DNA of 62,145 bases, from positions 1 through 62,145 of the forward strand of contig CANROK010000002.1 of NCBI GenBank assembly GCA_947632205.1. Direction: 5' to 3'. The notes under the pieces were generated by a model, which was given only the letters and a program-made list of their open reading frames with translations, had not been told where the DNA came from and did not search any database. Position 1 is the stretch's first letter; every line of letters starts with the position of its first letter. Made by a program: the position numbers and the translations under genes. Below are positions 18,915-28,571 of this stretch, piece after piece. The stretch comes from an uncultured Bacilli bacterium (GTDB taxonomy: Bacteria > Bacillota_I > Bacilli_A > RF39 > UBA660).

Positions 18915-20273
18915 TTATAACTTTGCTTTTATTTCTTTAATTGTATCATTTAAAGTATTATTAGTTATTAATTCATTTTTAATTTTTTCACAACTAGCTA
19001 CTACTGTAGAATGGTCTCTACCCCCAAATTCTTGGCCAATTTTTAATAAATTTTCTTCTGTTTCTATTCGACAAAGATACATAGCAATATGTCTTGGCCA
19101 GGCAATATTATTACTTCTTTTTTTACTTTTTAAATCTTCAACTGTAATTTTGTAGAAATCTGCTACTACTTTTTGAATATGCGATATTGTATTATCTTGA
19201 TATATGTTAGTTGAAACATAATCTTTTATAGCTTCTATTACAAAATCTAAATTAATTACTTTTGGTCGCATCATCGCGGTATATGCAAGTAATCTATTAA
19301 TTGTTCCAATAATATGTCTTACATCATTTGGACAAGCATTGGCTATATATTCTATTACATCTTTATTAATTTTATTTTTAATACTAGATTTCTCAAGATG
19401 CTGTTTAATAATATCACATCTTAAAGTAAAGTCAGGAGGATAAATATCTACAGGTAATCCCCAAGTAAATCGACTTCGCAGACGATCTTCAATCTTTTTT
19501 AAATCATCAGGACTTCGATCACTAGAAATAATAATTTGCTTATTGGCTTTATATAATGCTTCAAAAGTATGAAAAAATTCTTGTTGAGTACCTTCATTTC
19601 CTACTAAAAATTGAATATCATCTATTAATAAGACATCAACATTACGATATTTATTTTTAAAATTATTAGCATATTCAATTGTTTCTTTACCTTTTTCCTT
19701 TTTAGATATTTCGACATATTCATCTCTAAAATCATTACTTGTGGTATACAATACTTTTTTATTAGAATGTTCATGAATATAATTACCAATTGCATACATT
19801 AAATGGGTTTTTCCAATTCCACTTCTTCCATAAATAAATAATGGATTATTAATAGTACTAGGTGATTGGGCTACATTAATGGCTGATACAAATGCTAATC
19901 TATTCGATTCTCCAACAATAAAATTATCAAAATTCATTCCTGGATCTAAATTAGTATCCCATTCTAATTTAATGTCTTTATTATCTGAATCATTTAAAAC
20001 ATTTAAAATATCATTATTAGTATTAATTTCATCTTCAGTTAAAAAAGTATATTCATAGGTTTTACCTAATAAATTAACTGTAACTTCATCAATTATATCC
20101 ATATATTGTTGTTTTAATAAAGTTTTATGAGCTTGAAGAGGTACTTGAATAATTATTTCATTATCTTTAATATCAATAATTTTTAAATTACTAAACCATA
20201 CAGAATAAGAACCGGCACTAACTTTTTCACTTATTAATGACAGAAATTTTTTAAAAAATTCGTGTGTTTCCAT
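18915..20273 (-). CDS. dnaA: chromosomal replication initiator DnaA
   Basis: Walker A GRSGIGKTHL, DDIQFL box, and C-terminal DNA-binding domain (GGRDHSTVVASCEKI). Confidence 0.97.
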   Translation of the reverse strand: METHEFFKKFLSLISEKVSAGSYSVWFSNLKIIDIKDNEIIIQVPLQAHKTLLKQQYMDIIDEVTVNLLGKTYEYTFLTEDEINTNNDILNVLNDSDNKDIKLEWDTNLDPGMNFDNFIVGESNRLAFVSAINVAQSPSTINNPLFIYGRSGIGKTHLMYAIGNYIHEHSNKKVLYTTSNDFRDEYVEISKKEKGKETIEYANNFKNKYRNVDVLLIDDIQFLVGNEGTQQEFFHTFEALYKANKQIIISSDRSPDDLKKIEDRLRSRFTWGLPVDIYPPDFTLRCDIIKQHLEKSSIKNKINKDVIEYIANACPNDVRHIIGTINRLLAYTAMMRPKVINLDFVIEAIKDYVSTNIYQDNTISHIQKVVADFYKITVEDLKSKKRSNNIAWPRHIAMYLCRIETEENLLKIGQEFGGRDHSTVVASCEKIKNELITNNTLNDTIKEIKAKL

Positions 20274-20646
20274 ACCTCACCCCGCTATCTAAAAATATCT
20301 CAATTTCATTTTAACTTAAATAAAATTATTATACAAGTTAAAATTTTTTTTAACAAACTTTCAACATAACTTTTTTTAGATAAAATCTATAATACACACA
20401 AATTTCAACATTTTCAACATTTTTTTATTAACTTTAAAAAAATGTTTGTTTAAATAATGTTAAAAATGTTAATAAGATAAAAAATTCTCGTTATTTCGGA
20501 CTTTTTAACAAAAAGTTATTAACATTTTTTAAATATATTAAATATTTTATTAACATTAATTATAATAATAAAAATTAAATGTTATTCTAAAAATGATAAT
20601 AACAATTTTATAATTAATTGTTTTTGGCTTTAAAACCTTAAATTTC
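20274..20646. other. oriC part 1 (dnaA-rpmH spacer), AT-rich with repeated DnaA-box-like TTWTYAACA motifs
   Basis: TTTCAACAT occurs three times (20359, 20402, 20411). TTATTAACA or its complement TGTTAATAA occurs at about 20467, 20516 and 20548. All genes switch strand at this point. Confidence 0.65.
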
Positions 20647-20681
20647 TTGACATCATCTATCATTTAATATTATAATAAGAA
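20647..20681 (+). promoter_or_regulatory. sigma-A-type promoter of the rpmH operon
   Basis: TTGACA, then an 18-nt spacer, then TATAAT. Lies about 30 nt upstream of the rpmH RBS. Confidence 0.55.
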
Positions 20682-20709
20682 CGCTAAAAAGAAAGAGGTG
20701 GATTTTAAA

Positions 20710-20832
20710 ATGAAAATAACTTATCAACCAAATAAAAGAAAAAAAGCTAAAACATGTGGATTCTTTGCACGTAAAGGATCAAAAGTTTTAAATGCCAGAA
20801 GAAAGAAAGGGCGTAAGGAATTAACTAAGTAG
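20710..20832 (+). CDS. rpmH: 50S ribosomal protein L34 (40 aa, below the ORF-track cutoff)
   Basis: My translation is MKITYQPNKRKKAKTCGFFARKGSKVLNARRKKGRKELTK. A GAAAGAGGTGG RBS lies upstream. It precedes rnpA as in nearly all bacteria. Confidence 0.9.
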   Translation: MKITYQPNKRKKAKTCGFFARKGSKVLNARRKKGRKELTK

Positions 20833-20853
20833 TTTCTTACGTGTTTTTTTAAT

Positions 20854-21195
20854 ATGAAAAAAAGAGATGTAGTTAAATCTAATGAATTGTTTAATGAAAT
20901 AATAGCCAAAGGTATAAAAATTAATAATAAATATTTTTTTATTTATGGTATGAAAAAAGATTTTATTAAAAATAATTATGGCATTGCTGTTGGTAAAAAA
21001 ATAGGTAATGCTGTAATACGAAATAAAATAAAAAGACAAATAAGAAATATCATAACAAATAATTTTAAACTATTTCCAAATTATCATAATTATATTATAA
21101 TAATTAATAAGGAACTACTAAAGTTATCATATCAAGATATGGAAAAGCAATTAGTAGATTTATTAAACAATAAAGGAGAAATATATGAAAAATAA
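20854..21195 (+). CDS. rnpA: RNase P protein component
   Basis: 113 aa basic protein. GIAVGKKIGNAVIRNKIKRQIR is an RNR-like motif. rpmH-rnpA synteny. Confidence 0.9.
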   Translation: MKKRDVVKSNELFNEIIAKGIKINNKYFFIYGMKKDFIKNNYGIAVGKKIGNAVIRNKIKRQIRNIITNNFKLFPNYHNYIIIINKELLKLSYQDMEKQLVDLLNNKGEIYEK

Positions 21196-22234
21196 AATAT
21201 TAGCAGTAGTATTAATTATTATGATTTTTTTAACAAGTGGATGTGGAGCTAGTAATTATATTAAAGATAAAGATAAGAAAATAGTTCAATATGAAGAAAC
21301 TGGTCAAAGTTTACCTAATAATATATTATGTAAACCAGAAGAAAGTTCAGAATTATATAAAGTATATGAACAATATGATGATCAATTAAAAATATCTTTA
21401 AGTAAACTTCCTACTTGTAGTAAATTTAAACTTAATTCAAATAAATCTTCTGGATTATGGGAAATGATTTTTGTAAAACCACTTGCCTATTTAATATTAA
21501 AATTAGGAAATGTAATTGGTAACATGGGTATATCCTTAATATTAATTGGTTTATTAATAAGAATAATCCTTTTACCATTTGCTTATAAAACCCAAAAACA
21601 AAGTAAGAACATGCAAAAAGTACAACAAGAGATGCAAAAAATTGAATATAAATATCGTGGTAGAGAAGATAGAGATTCATTAATGATGAAGAGTCAAGAA
21701 ATGATGGGGGTTTATAAGAAATATGATGTGAAACCAATGTCTGGTTGTCTAATTTCATTTTTACAATTACCATTGTTCTTTGCTTTCTTACAAGCAATAA
21801 ATAGAGTACCAGCCATCTTTGAAGATAAGTTACTCGGATTTAATTTAGGAATGACTCCTTATGTAGGACTTTCTCATGGTAATTATTTATACTTATTATT
21901 AATTGTTATGATTGCATTATCAACATACTTCTCATTTAAATATTCAATGAATTCAACGGCACAATTAACTGACAATAAAGAAATGGCTAATCAAATGAAT
22001 TCAATGACGACGATAATGGTTATAATGATAACACTAACTTCATTCTCATTATCAACAGCCCTTGCCTTTTACTGGATAGTTACTTATGCCTTTATAGCTG
22101 TTCAAACCTTTATATTTAAACGTCTATCTAATGATAAGAGAGTAGATAAAGATAAGAAAAATAAAAATAATAAAAATAAAATAAAAGATAAATTAGAAGT
22201 TAAAAGAGGTCTTAAATATGGAAATAATAGTTAA
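21185..22234 (+). CDS. yidC: membrane protein insertase YidC/SpoIIIJ (lipoprotein type)
   Basis: Lipobox LTSGCG, multi-TM Oxa1 core and basic C-terminal tail. rnpA-yidC-jag synteny. Confidence 0.9.
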   Translation: MKNKILAVVLIIMIFLTSGCGASNYIKDKDKKIVQYEETGQSLPNNILCKPEESSELYKVYEQYDDQLKISLSKLPTCSKFKLNSNKSSGLWEMIFVKPLAYLILKLGNVIGNMGISLILIGLLIRIILLPFAYKTQKQSKNMQKVQQEMQKIEYKYRGREDRDSLMMKSQEMMGVYKKYDVKPMSGCLISFLQLPLFFAFLQAINRVPAIFEDKLLGFNLGMTPYVGLSHGNYLYLLLIVMIALSTYFSFKYSMNSTAQLTDNKEMANQMNSMTTIMVIMITLTSFSLSTALAFYWIVTYAFIAVQTFIFKRLSNDKRVDKDKKNKNNKNKIKDKLEVKRGLKYGNNS

Positions 22235-22826
22235 AGAAGGAAAAGAATTAGAAGAGGTATTAGAAAGTATTTGTAGTGAAAATAATGTTACTAAAGATGA
22301 TTTTTATTATCACTACACTGAAAAAAAGAATGGTTTATTTAATAAAAATGTTGTATTTGAAGTAACTGCTTATTTAAAAAGTGAAATATTAAATTACATA
22401 AAAGAATATTTAGAAGAATTACTTACTAATATGGGATTAAAAGTTAATTTTGAAACAAAAATGCGTGAAGATAGCATGTATGTAAAAATTTATTCTGATA
22501 ATAATCCAGTTATTATAGGTAAAGGTGGAAATACTTTAAAAGCTTTAGAAGTTATTGTTAAACAAAAACTTAATACAGCATTTAATATTCATCCTTATTT
22601 ATGTTTAGATGTTGAAGATTATCGTGAAAAACAACAAAGAAGACTAGAAAGACTTGCTAAAAATTTAGCTAAAGATGTAGTTAGAACAAAAGTTGAAGTA
22701 CACTTAGAAAATATGAATGCTTATGATAGAAGAATAATCCATAATGCTTTAACTAACTTTAAAGGTGTAAGTACAATTAGTGAAGGCGAAGAACCAAATA
22801 GACATGTAATTATTAAACCAGAATAG
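22218..22826 (+). CDS. jag: RNA-binding protein Jag/KhpB (KH + R3H)
   Basis: KH-like GKGGNTLKALE and R3H (YDRRIIHNAL) motifs. Confidence 0.85.
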   Translation: MEIIVKEGKELEEVLESICSENNVTKDDFYYHYTEKKNGLFNKNVVFEVTAYLKSEILNYIKEYLEELLTNMGLKVNFETKMREDSMYVKIYSDNNPVIIGKGGNTLKALEVIVKQKLNTAFNIHPYLCLDVEDYREKQQRRLERLAKNLAKDVVRTKVEVHLENMNAYDRRIIHNALTNFKGVSTISEGEEPNRHVIIKPE

Positions 22827-22845
22827 TAAGAATCAAGGAGGTTTT

Positions 22846-23484
22846 ATGGATAATTATAGCAAATTAAATGTTGATTTATTAATTGAAAATCCTAAAAATT
22901 TGAAGAAATTTAGAGAAATTGAAAAGAATATAAAAATAGAAGAGGATAATATTTTTAAAATAGATTGTGAATTAATAAAAGTAGAAAAAGATAGAGATGA
23001 AGTTAATAATAAAATATTTAAATTAAAAAATTATAAAAAAAATCATAATAAATTTGTAAGATTTTTATTAGCAATCCATACTTTTATCTTTGTAGGAGGA
23101 TTAGTATGTTTTTATTATATTGCTTCATTTCCTTTAATATATACTTTATTATTTAGTTTAATTCTTCAATTAATTATATTAGTAGGCACTATTCCAAATT
23201 ATAATTATTATATTAAAAATCTTAAAGATAGCACTTATACAAAAGAAGAATTAGAAGATAAATTAAATATCCTTGAGGAAAACAATAAAACTTTAATTAA
23301 TGAGAAGTCAATAAAATTAGCTAATATAGAATCATTAAAAGAAGAAATTCAAAACTTATTAAATCAAGAACAAAAAAATATTTCTAAAGATAGTGTAATT
23401 AGTCAAAAAATTGTGGATATACTTACTTTTGATTATGAATTAAATAATAATTTTGATGAAATGAAATTAAAATTAAAAAAATAA
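22846..23484 (+). CDS. coiled-coil membrane protein, tandem paralog 1 of 3 (unknown function)
   Basis: Shared N-terminus MDNYxKLxxDxLxEN and C-terminus NFDEMKLKLKK. It has a central two-TM hairpin and the KLANIESLKEEIQNLLNQEQ block. Confidence 0.7.
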   Translation: MDNYSKLNVDLLIENPKNLKKFREIEKNIKIEEDNIFKIDCELIKVEKDRDEVNNKIFKLKNYKKNHNKFVRFLLAIHTFIFVGGLVCFYYIASFPLIYTLLFSLILQLIILVGTIPNYNYYIKNLKDSTYTKEELEDKLNILEENNKTLINEKSIKLANIESLKEEIQNLLNQEQKNISKDSVISQKIVDILTFDYELNNNFDEMKLKLKK

Positions 23485-23503
23485 TAAATATCACGGAGGT
23501 TTT

Positions 23504-24184
23504 ATGGATAATTATACAAAATTAAGTATAGATAAATTGCAAGAAAATATAGAGAATCTCAAAAAAATTAGTGATATTAATGCTAATCTAAAGATAGAAG
23601 AAGAAAATATTTCAAAAATAGATAGTGAATTAATAGAAATAAAAAATGATAGAGATAGAATTAATGATAAAATATTTAAATTAAACAATTATAAAAAAAA
23701 TCATAAAAAATTAGTTGAAACTTTATTATTAATCCATGCTTGTGCATTTGTTGGTGGATTAATATTTGTTAATCTTGTTGAAGTTACAGTTTCTGCAGGC
23801 CTATTGCCTTTAAAAGAGAATTTATTTTTTAGTTTACTTCTTCAATTAGTTTTCTTAGCAGCTACTATTCCAAGCTATTTTTGTCTTAAAAAAAATTTTA
23901 AAGATAACACTTATACAAAAGAAGAATTAGAAGATATGATAAAAACTATTGATGAAGATATTAAATCTTTAAAAATTAAAAAAGAACAAAAATTAGCTAA
24001 TATAGAATCTTTAAAAGAAGAAATACAAAACTTATTAAATCAAGAACAAACGAATATTGAAGAAGTTTCAAATATATTAAATGCTAGAGATAATGCTATT
24101 AATCAAAAAATTATGGATATAGATACATTTGATAATAAGTTAAATAGTAATTTTGATACAATGAAATTAAAATTAAAAAAATAA
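23504..24184 (+). CDS. coiled-coil membrane protein, tandem paralog 2 of 3
   Basis: Same architecture as 22846-23484. The RBS and first ~110 nt are nearly identical to paralog 3. Confidence 0.7.
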   Translation: MDNYTKLSIDKLQENIENLKKISDINANLKIEEENISKIDSELIEIKNDRDRINDKIFKLNNYKKNHKKLVETLLLIHACAFVGGLIFVNLVEVTVSAGLLPLKENLFFSLLLQLVFLAATIPSYFCLKKNFKDNTYTKEELEDMIKTIDEDIKSLKIKKEQKLANIESLKEEIQNLLNQEQTNIEEVSNILNARDNAINQKIMDIDTFDNKLNSNFDTMKLKLKK

Positions 24185-24203
24185 TAAATATCACGGAGGT
24201 TTT

Positions 24204-24719
24204 ATGGATAATTATACAAAATTAAGTATAGATAAATTACAAGAAAATATAGAAAATTTCAAAAAAATTAGTGAAATTAATGCTAATATAAAAATAGAAG
24301 AAGAAAGTATTTCATTAATTGATAGTGATTTAAAAAAATTAGAAGAAACTAAAGGAACAACTAGAGAACGTTTATGTAATGCAAGAAATATCGATCTTTT
24401 TAAAATATTTATATTTAGTCTTTCAAGATTATATCCTCAATTAAGTTTGAATGAAATGATTCAAGATCATCTTAAAAATCTTAAAATTGATAATGCAGGA
24501 GAATTGGAAGTAAATTTATATAAAATTGATAAAGAAATTAAATCTTTAACAACTAAAAAAGCACAAAAATTAGCTGATATAGAATCTTTAAAATTAGAAA
24601 TACAAAACTTACTAAATCAAGAACAAAAAAATCTGGAAAACGTAATAAATAGTCTAAATGCTAATGATAATACAATTGATAATAATTTTGATGAAATGAA
24701 ATTAAAATTAGAAAAATAA
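24204..24719 (+). CDS. coiled-coil protein, tandem paralog 3 of 3 (TM hairpin replaced or lost)
   Basis: Conserved N- and C-terminal blocks, but the central hydrophobic hairpin is absent. Confidence 0.6.
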   Translation: MDNYTKLSIDKLQENIENFKKISEINANIKIEEESISLIDSDLKKLEETKGTTRERLCNARNIDLFKIFIFSLSRLYPQLSLNEMIQDHLKNLKIDNAGELEVNLYKIDKEIKSLTTKKAQKLADIESLKLEIQNLLNQEQKNLENVINSLNANDNTIDNNFDEMKLKLEK

Positions 24720-24738
24720 ATATTAAGAGGGTTTGGTT

Positions 24739-25281
24739 ATGTTAGAAAAGGTAAAAAATTACATAAATGATAATTTAATATATGATGATTGTAAAGAAAT
24801 GATTAATTATCATTTAAATTTATATTTATCTTTCTTTTTAAAAGATGATTATATATTAAATAATATTGAATTAAAATATGAAGAGTATCATAAATGTACA
24901 TATGTTTATTTATACTTTGATAATTTTAATGTTGTATTTTGGTTTAGGGAAAGACATTGTTGTTCTGTATCAATTGATTTTATAAATGATAAAATAAGAA
25001 TAAAAAATACTTTATTACCAAAATTTGGTATTCATTTTATAGATAATGATTGTGTATATCAATTTGGTGAAATAACTGTAGTAAAAGATAGTTTATTAGA
25101 TTTTAAAGAACTTAAAGTAGCAAAATATGATTTTAAAAATTCAGTAAATGAATATTTTGATGTTGATCTTCCACTAATAGATGGTGAAAATAATCTTAGT
25201 ATTATTTGCCAAATTATAGATAATATTAAATTAAAATATAAAAATAATTTAGTTAGAAATAGAGAATTAAATAAATTATAA
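24739..25281 (+). CDS. hypothetical protein (about 180 aa, Cys/aromatic-rich, no recognisable motif)
   Basis: Long ORF in the operon. The ATG at 24739 lies behind AAGAGGG, whereas the track begins at a TTG at 24733. Confidence 0.55.
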   Translation: MLEKVKNYINDNLIYDDCKEMINYHLNLYLSFFLKDDYILNNIELKYEEYHKCTYVYLYFDNFNVVFWFRERHCCSVSIDFINDKIRIKNTLLPKFGIHFIDNDCVYQFGEITVVKDSLLDFKELKVAKYDFKNSVNEYFDVDLPLIDGENNLSIICQIIDNIKLKYKNNLVRNRELNKL

Positions 25282-25290
25282 AATGTTAAG

Positions 25291-25316
25291 ATGGTAATTT
25301 AGTTACCATTTTTTTA
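25291..25316 (+). terminator. intrinsic terminator ending the rpmH...orf182 transcription unit
   Basis: ATGGTAA-TTTAG-TTACCAT hairpin followed by TTTTTTT. Confidence 0.7.
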
Positions 25317-25363
25317 ATGCAATTAATTATAATTTGTGCTAATATATTGCCGGGTGGTTATCT

Positions 25364-26704
25364 ATGGAAGATACTATATGTGCAATTTCAACTGCTAAAG
25401 GAGTTGGAGCTATTTCGATAATTAGAATTAGTGGTAAAGATGCTTTTAATATTATAAAGAAAATATATAAAGGTAAAGATTTAGATAAAGTTATAAGTAA
25501 TACTATAAATTATGGATATATATATGATAAAGATGAATTAATTGATGAAGTATTAGTAAGTATTTTAAAAGCCCCTAAAACTTATACAATGGAAGATATA
25601 GTAGAAATTAATTCGCATGGGGGAATAAATACTACTAATAGAATTTTAGAATTAGTTTTAGAGCATGGGGCACGGCTTGCTGAACCAGGAGAATTTACGA
25701 AAAGGGCCTTTTTAAATGGTAGAATTGATTTAACGAAAGCCGAAGCGGTTAATGATTTAATAAATGCTAAAAGTGATTTAGCTAGAAAAGTTGCCTTAAA
25801 TAATATAAAAGGTGATCTATATAATAAGATTAAATCATTAAGAAATAATATTGGAGAATTAATGGCTAATATTGAAGTAAATATTGATTATCCAGAATAT
25901 GAAGATATTGAAGTAATTACGAATGAAGTATTAAAACCAGCGTTAGATAAAGTAAAAGAAGAAATAAATAAAATATTAAAAAATACTAAGAATGCTAAAT
26001 TAATTAATAATGGCATTAATATTGCTTTAATAGGAAGACCTAATACCGGAAAGAGTAGTATTCTAAATAAATTTTTAGATGAAGAAAAAGCCATTGTTAC
26101 AGAAATTCCTGGAACTACTAGAGATATCGTTGAGGGAAGTATGACTTTAGATGGTTTTGAACTTAACTTTATTGATACAGCAGGTATAAGAGAAACTAGT
26201 GATGTAGTAGAAAAAATTGGGGTAGAGAAAAGTAAGAAAGCCATAGATAGTGCTGATATAGTAATTGTAGTATTAAATAATAGTGAAGAATTAACGAAAG
26301 AAGATGAAGAACTTATTAATGTAATTCCAGAAAATAAAAGAATAATATTTGTTAATAAAAGTGATTTACCTAACAAATTAGAAATAAAAGACAATTATAT
26401 ATTAGGAAATACGATTGATTATGATGGTATTGATAATTTAAAAAAAGCGATAAAAGAAAAATTAAATTTAGATAATATTATGTTAAATGATATGACTTAT
26501 ATGTCTAATATAAGAGAAATAGATTTATTGAAGAAAGCTTTAGATAGTATAGAAAGTGCTCTTAATAATTTAGATTGTATGCCAATTGATATGGTAGAAA
26601 TTGATATAACTAATGCTTGGAATTATTTAGGAGAAATAACAGGAGAAGTTTATCAAGATGAATTATTAGATATACTATTTAGTAATTTTTGTGTAGGAAA
26701 GTAG
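25364..26704 (+). CDS. mnmE: tRNA modification GTPase MnmE
   Basis: G1 GRPNTGKSS, G3 DTAGIR, NKSD and the C-terminal CVGK motif. Confidence 0.95.
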   Translation: MEDTICAISTAKGVGAISIIRISGKDAFNIIKKIYKGKDLDKVISNTINYGYIYDKDELIDEVLVSILKAPKTYTMEDIVEINSHGGINTTNRILELVLEHGARLAEPGEFTKRAFLNGRIDLTKAEAVNDLINAKSDLARKVALNNIKGDLYNKIKSLRNNIGELMANIEVNIDYPEYEDIEVITNEVLKPALDKVKEEINKILKNTKNAKLINNGINIALIGRPNTGKSSILNKFLDEEKAIVTEIPGTTRDIVEGSMTLDGFELNFIDTAGIRETSDVVEKIGVEKSKKAIDSADIVIVVLNNSEELTKEDEELINVIPENKRIIFVNKSDLPNKLEIKDNYILGNTIDYDGIDNLKKAIKEKLNLDNIMLNDMTYMSNIREIDLLKKALDSIESALNNLDCMPIDMVEIDITNAWNYLGEITGEVYQDELLDILFSNFCVGK

Positions 26705-26711
26705 TGATTTT

Positions 26712-28571
26712 ATGTATGATGTAATAGTAGTAGGTGGTGGACACGCTGGTTGTGAAGCGGCAAATATAAGTGCCAAACTAGGAATGAAGACACTTCTTTT
26801 AACTATGAATAAAAAAAATATTGCTGATATGCCATGTAATCCTTCAATTGGGGGAGTAGCAAAGGGTATAATTGTAAGAGAAATTGATGCTCTTGGGGGA
26901 CTTATGGGTATTGTGGCAGATAAAAGTCATTTTCAAATAAAAATGCTTAATAATTCTAAAGGTCCAGCTGTAAGAAGCTTAAGATGCCAAGCTGATAAAA
27001 GAGTATATCCTAAAGTTATGCTTGAATATTTAGAGAGTAATCCTAATTTAGAAATAAAAGAGGGTTTAGTTGAAGATTTAATAATTGAAAACAATGTTGT
27101 TAAAGGTGTTATCTTAAGTGATAATACCAAAATAACTAGTAAAACGGTTATCTTAACAACAGGTACATATTTAAAATCTTCAATATTAGTAGGTAGTACG
27201 AAAAAAGATGAAGGACCACATGGAGAAGGAAGAAGTAATACTTTAAGTGATAAATTAAGAGAATATGGTTTAGAAATAATTAGACTAAAAACAGGAACTC
27301 CACCTAGAATAGCTAAAGATAGTATCGATTTTAGTAAATTAAAAGAAGAACTTGGTGATGATACTTATTATACTTTTAGTCATGATATTAAACCAGTATA
27401 TGATATAAATAACCAACAAAAGTGTTATCTTTTATATACAAATGAAAATACTCATCAAATTATTAGAGATAATTTAACTAAATCTGCTATGTATGGTGGT
27501 TATGTAACAGGAACTGGTCCTAGATATTGTCCATCTATTGAAGATAAAATAGTTAGATTTAGTGATAAAGAAAGACATCAATTATTTTTAGAACCAGAAA
27601 GTATTTATTATGATGAGTGGTACTTACAAGGATTTTCTACAAGTATGCCAACCGATGTTCAAGAAAAATTAGTTCATAGTTTAGAAGGACTAGAAAGTGC
27701 TAAAATAACTAAGTATGCCTATGCTATTGAATATGATGCTATAAATCCATTACAAATGTATCCATCTTTAGAAAATAAAATTATTAATAATTTGTTTACA
27801 GCAGGTCAAATTAATGGTACAAGTGGTTATGAAGAAGCTGCTGGCCAAGGTTTAATCGCTGGTATTAATGCTGTCCAAAAGATTCTTAATAATGAACCAT
27901 TAATATTAAAAAGAAATGAGGCATATATTGGGGTTTTAATTGATGATTTAGTAACCAAAGGAATAAAAGATCCATATCGTATGCTTACAAGTAGAGCGGA
28001 ATTTAGATTAATATTAAGACATGATAACGCTGATTTACGACTTAGAGATATTGCTTATAAATATCATACTATTTCTTCTGAACAATATGAAAGATTACAA
28101 AAGAAAAAAGAGAATATTATTAAATTAGAAGAAGAAATTAAAAATAATAAACTTGTCATTAATGAAAATATTAAACAAGATTTTATAAATAATAATTATA
28201 GTATTCCTTTAAAGAATTTAACTTATGAAGAATTATTAAAAAGACCAGAGATAACTTTTAAATTTTTAAATAAATATCATAAATTTAATTATCCAGAAGA
28301 TGTATTAGAACAAGTAGAAATATTAACTAAGTATGATGGCTATATAAATAAAGCTATAAAAGAAAGTGATAAATTAAAAAAGATTGAAGAAAAAGAAATA
28401 CCTTTAGATATCGATTACACAAAAATTAAAAATTTAGCTAGTGAAGCAAGACAAAAACTAAGTGAAATAAGACCAAAAACAATAGCTCAGGCCTCAAGAA
28501 TAAGTGGAGTTAATCCAAGTGATATAACTATATTATCTATATATTTAAAAAAGGAGTATAACAATGACTAA
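26712..28571 (+). CDS. mnmG: tRNA uridine 5-carboxymethylaminomethyl modification enzyme MnmG (GidA)
   Basis: FAD motif VIVVGGGHAGCEAA. 619 aa. mnmE-mnmG-rsmG synteny. Confidence 0.96.
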   Translation: MYDVIVVGGGHAGCEAANISAKLGMKTLLLTMNKKNIADMPCNPSIGGVAKGIIVREIDALGGLMGIVADKSHFQIKMLNNSKGPAVRSLRCQADKRVYPKVMLEYLESNPNLEIKEGLVEDLIIENNVVKGVILSDNTKITSKTVILTTGTYLKSSILVGSTKKDEGPHGEGRSNTLSDKLREYGLEIIRLKTGTPPRIAKDSIDFSKLKEELGDDTYYTFSHDIKPVYDINNQQKCYLLYTNENTHQIIRDNLTKSAMYGGYVTGTGPRYCPSIEDKIVRFSDKERHQLFLEPESIYYDEWYLQGFSTSMPTDVQEKLVHSLEGLESAKITKYAYAIEYDAINPLQMYPSLENKIINNLFTAGQINGTSGYEEAAGQGLIAGINAVQKILNNEPLILKRNEAYIGVLIDDLVTKGIKDPYRMLTSRAEFRLILRHDNADLRLRDIAYKYHTISSEQYERLQKKKENIIKLEEEIKNNKLVINENIKQDFINNNYSIPLKNLTYEELLKRPEITFKFLNKYHKFNYPEDVLEQVEILTKYDGYINKAIKESDKLKKIEEKEIPLDIDYTKIKNLASEARQKLSEIRPKTIAQASRISGVNPSDITILSIYLKKEYNND

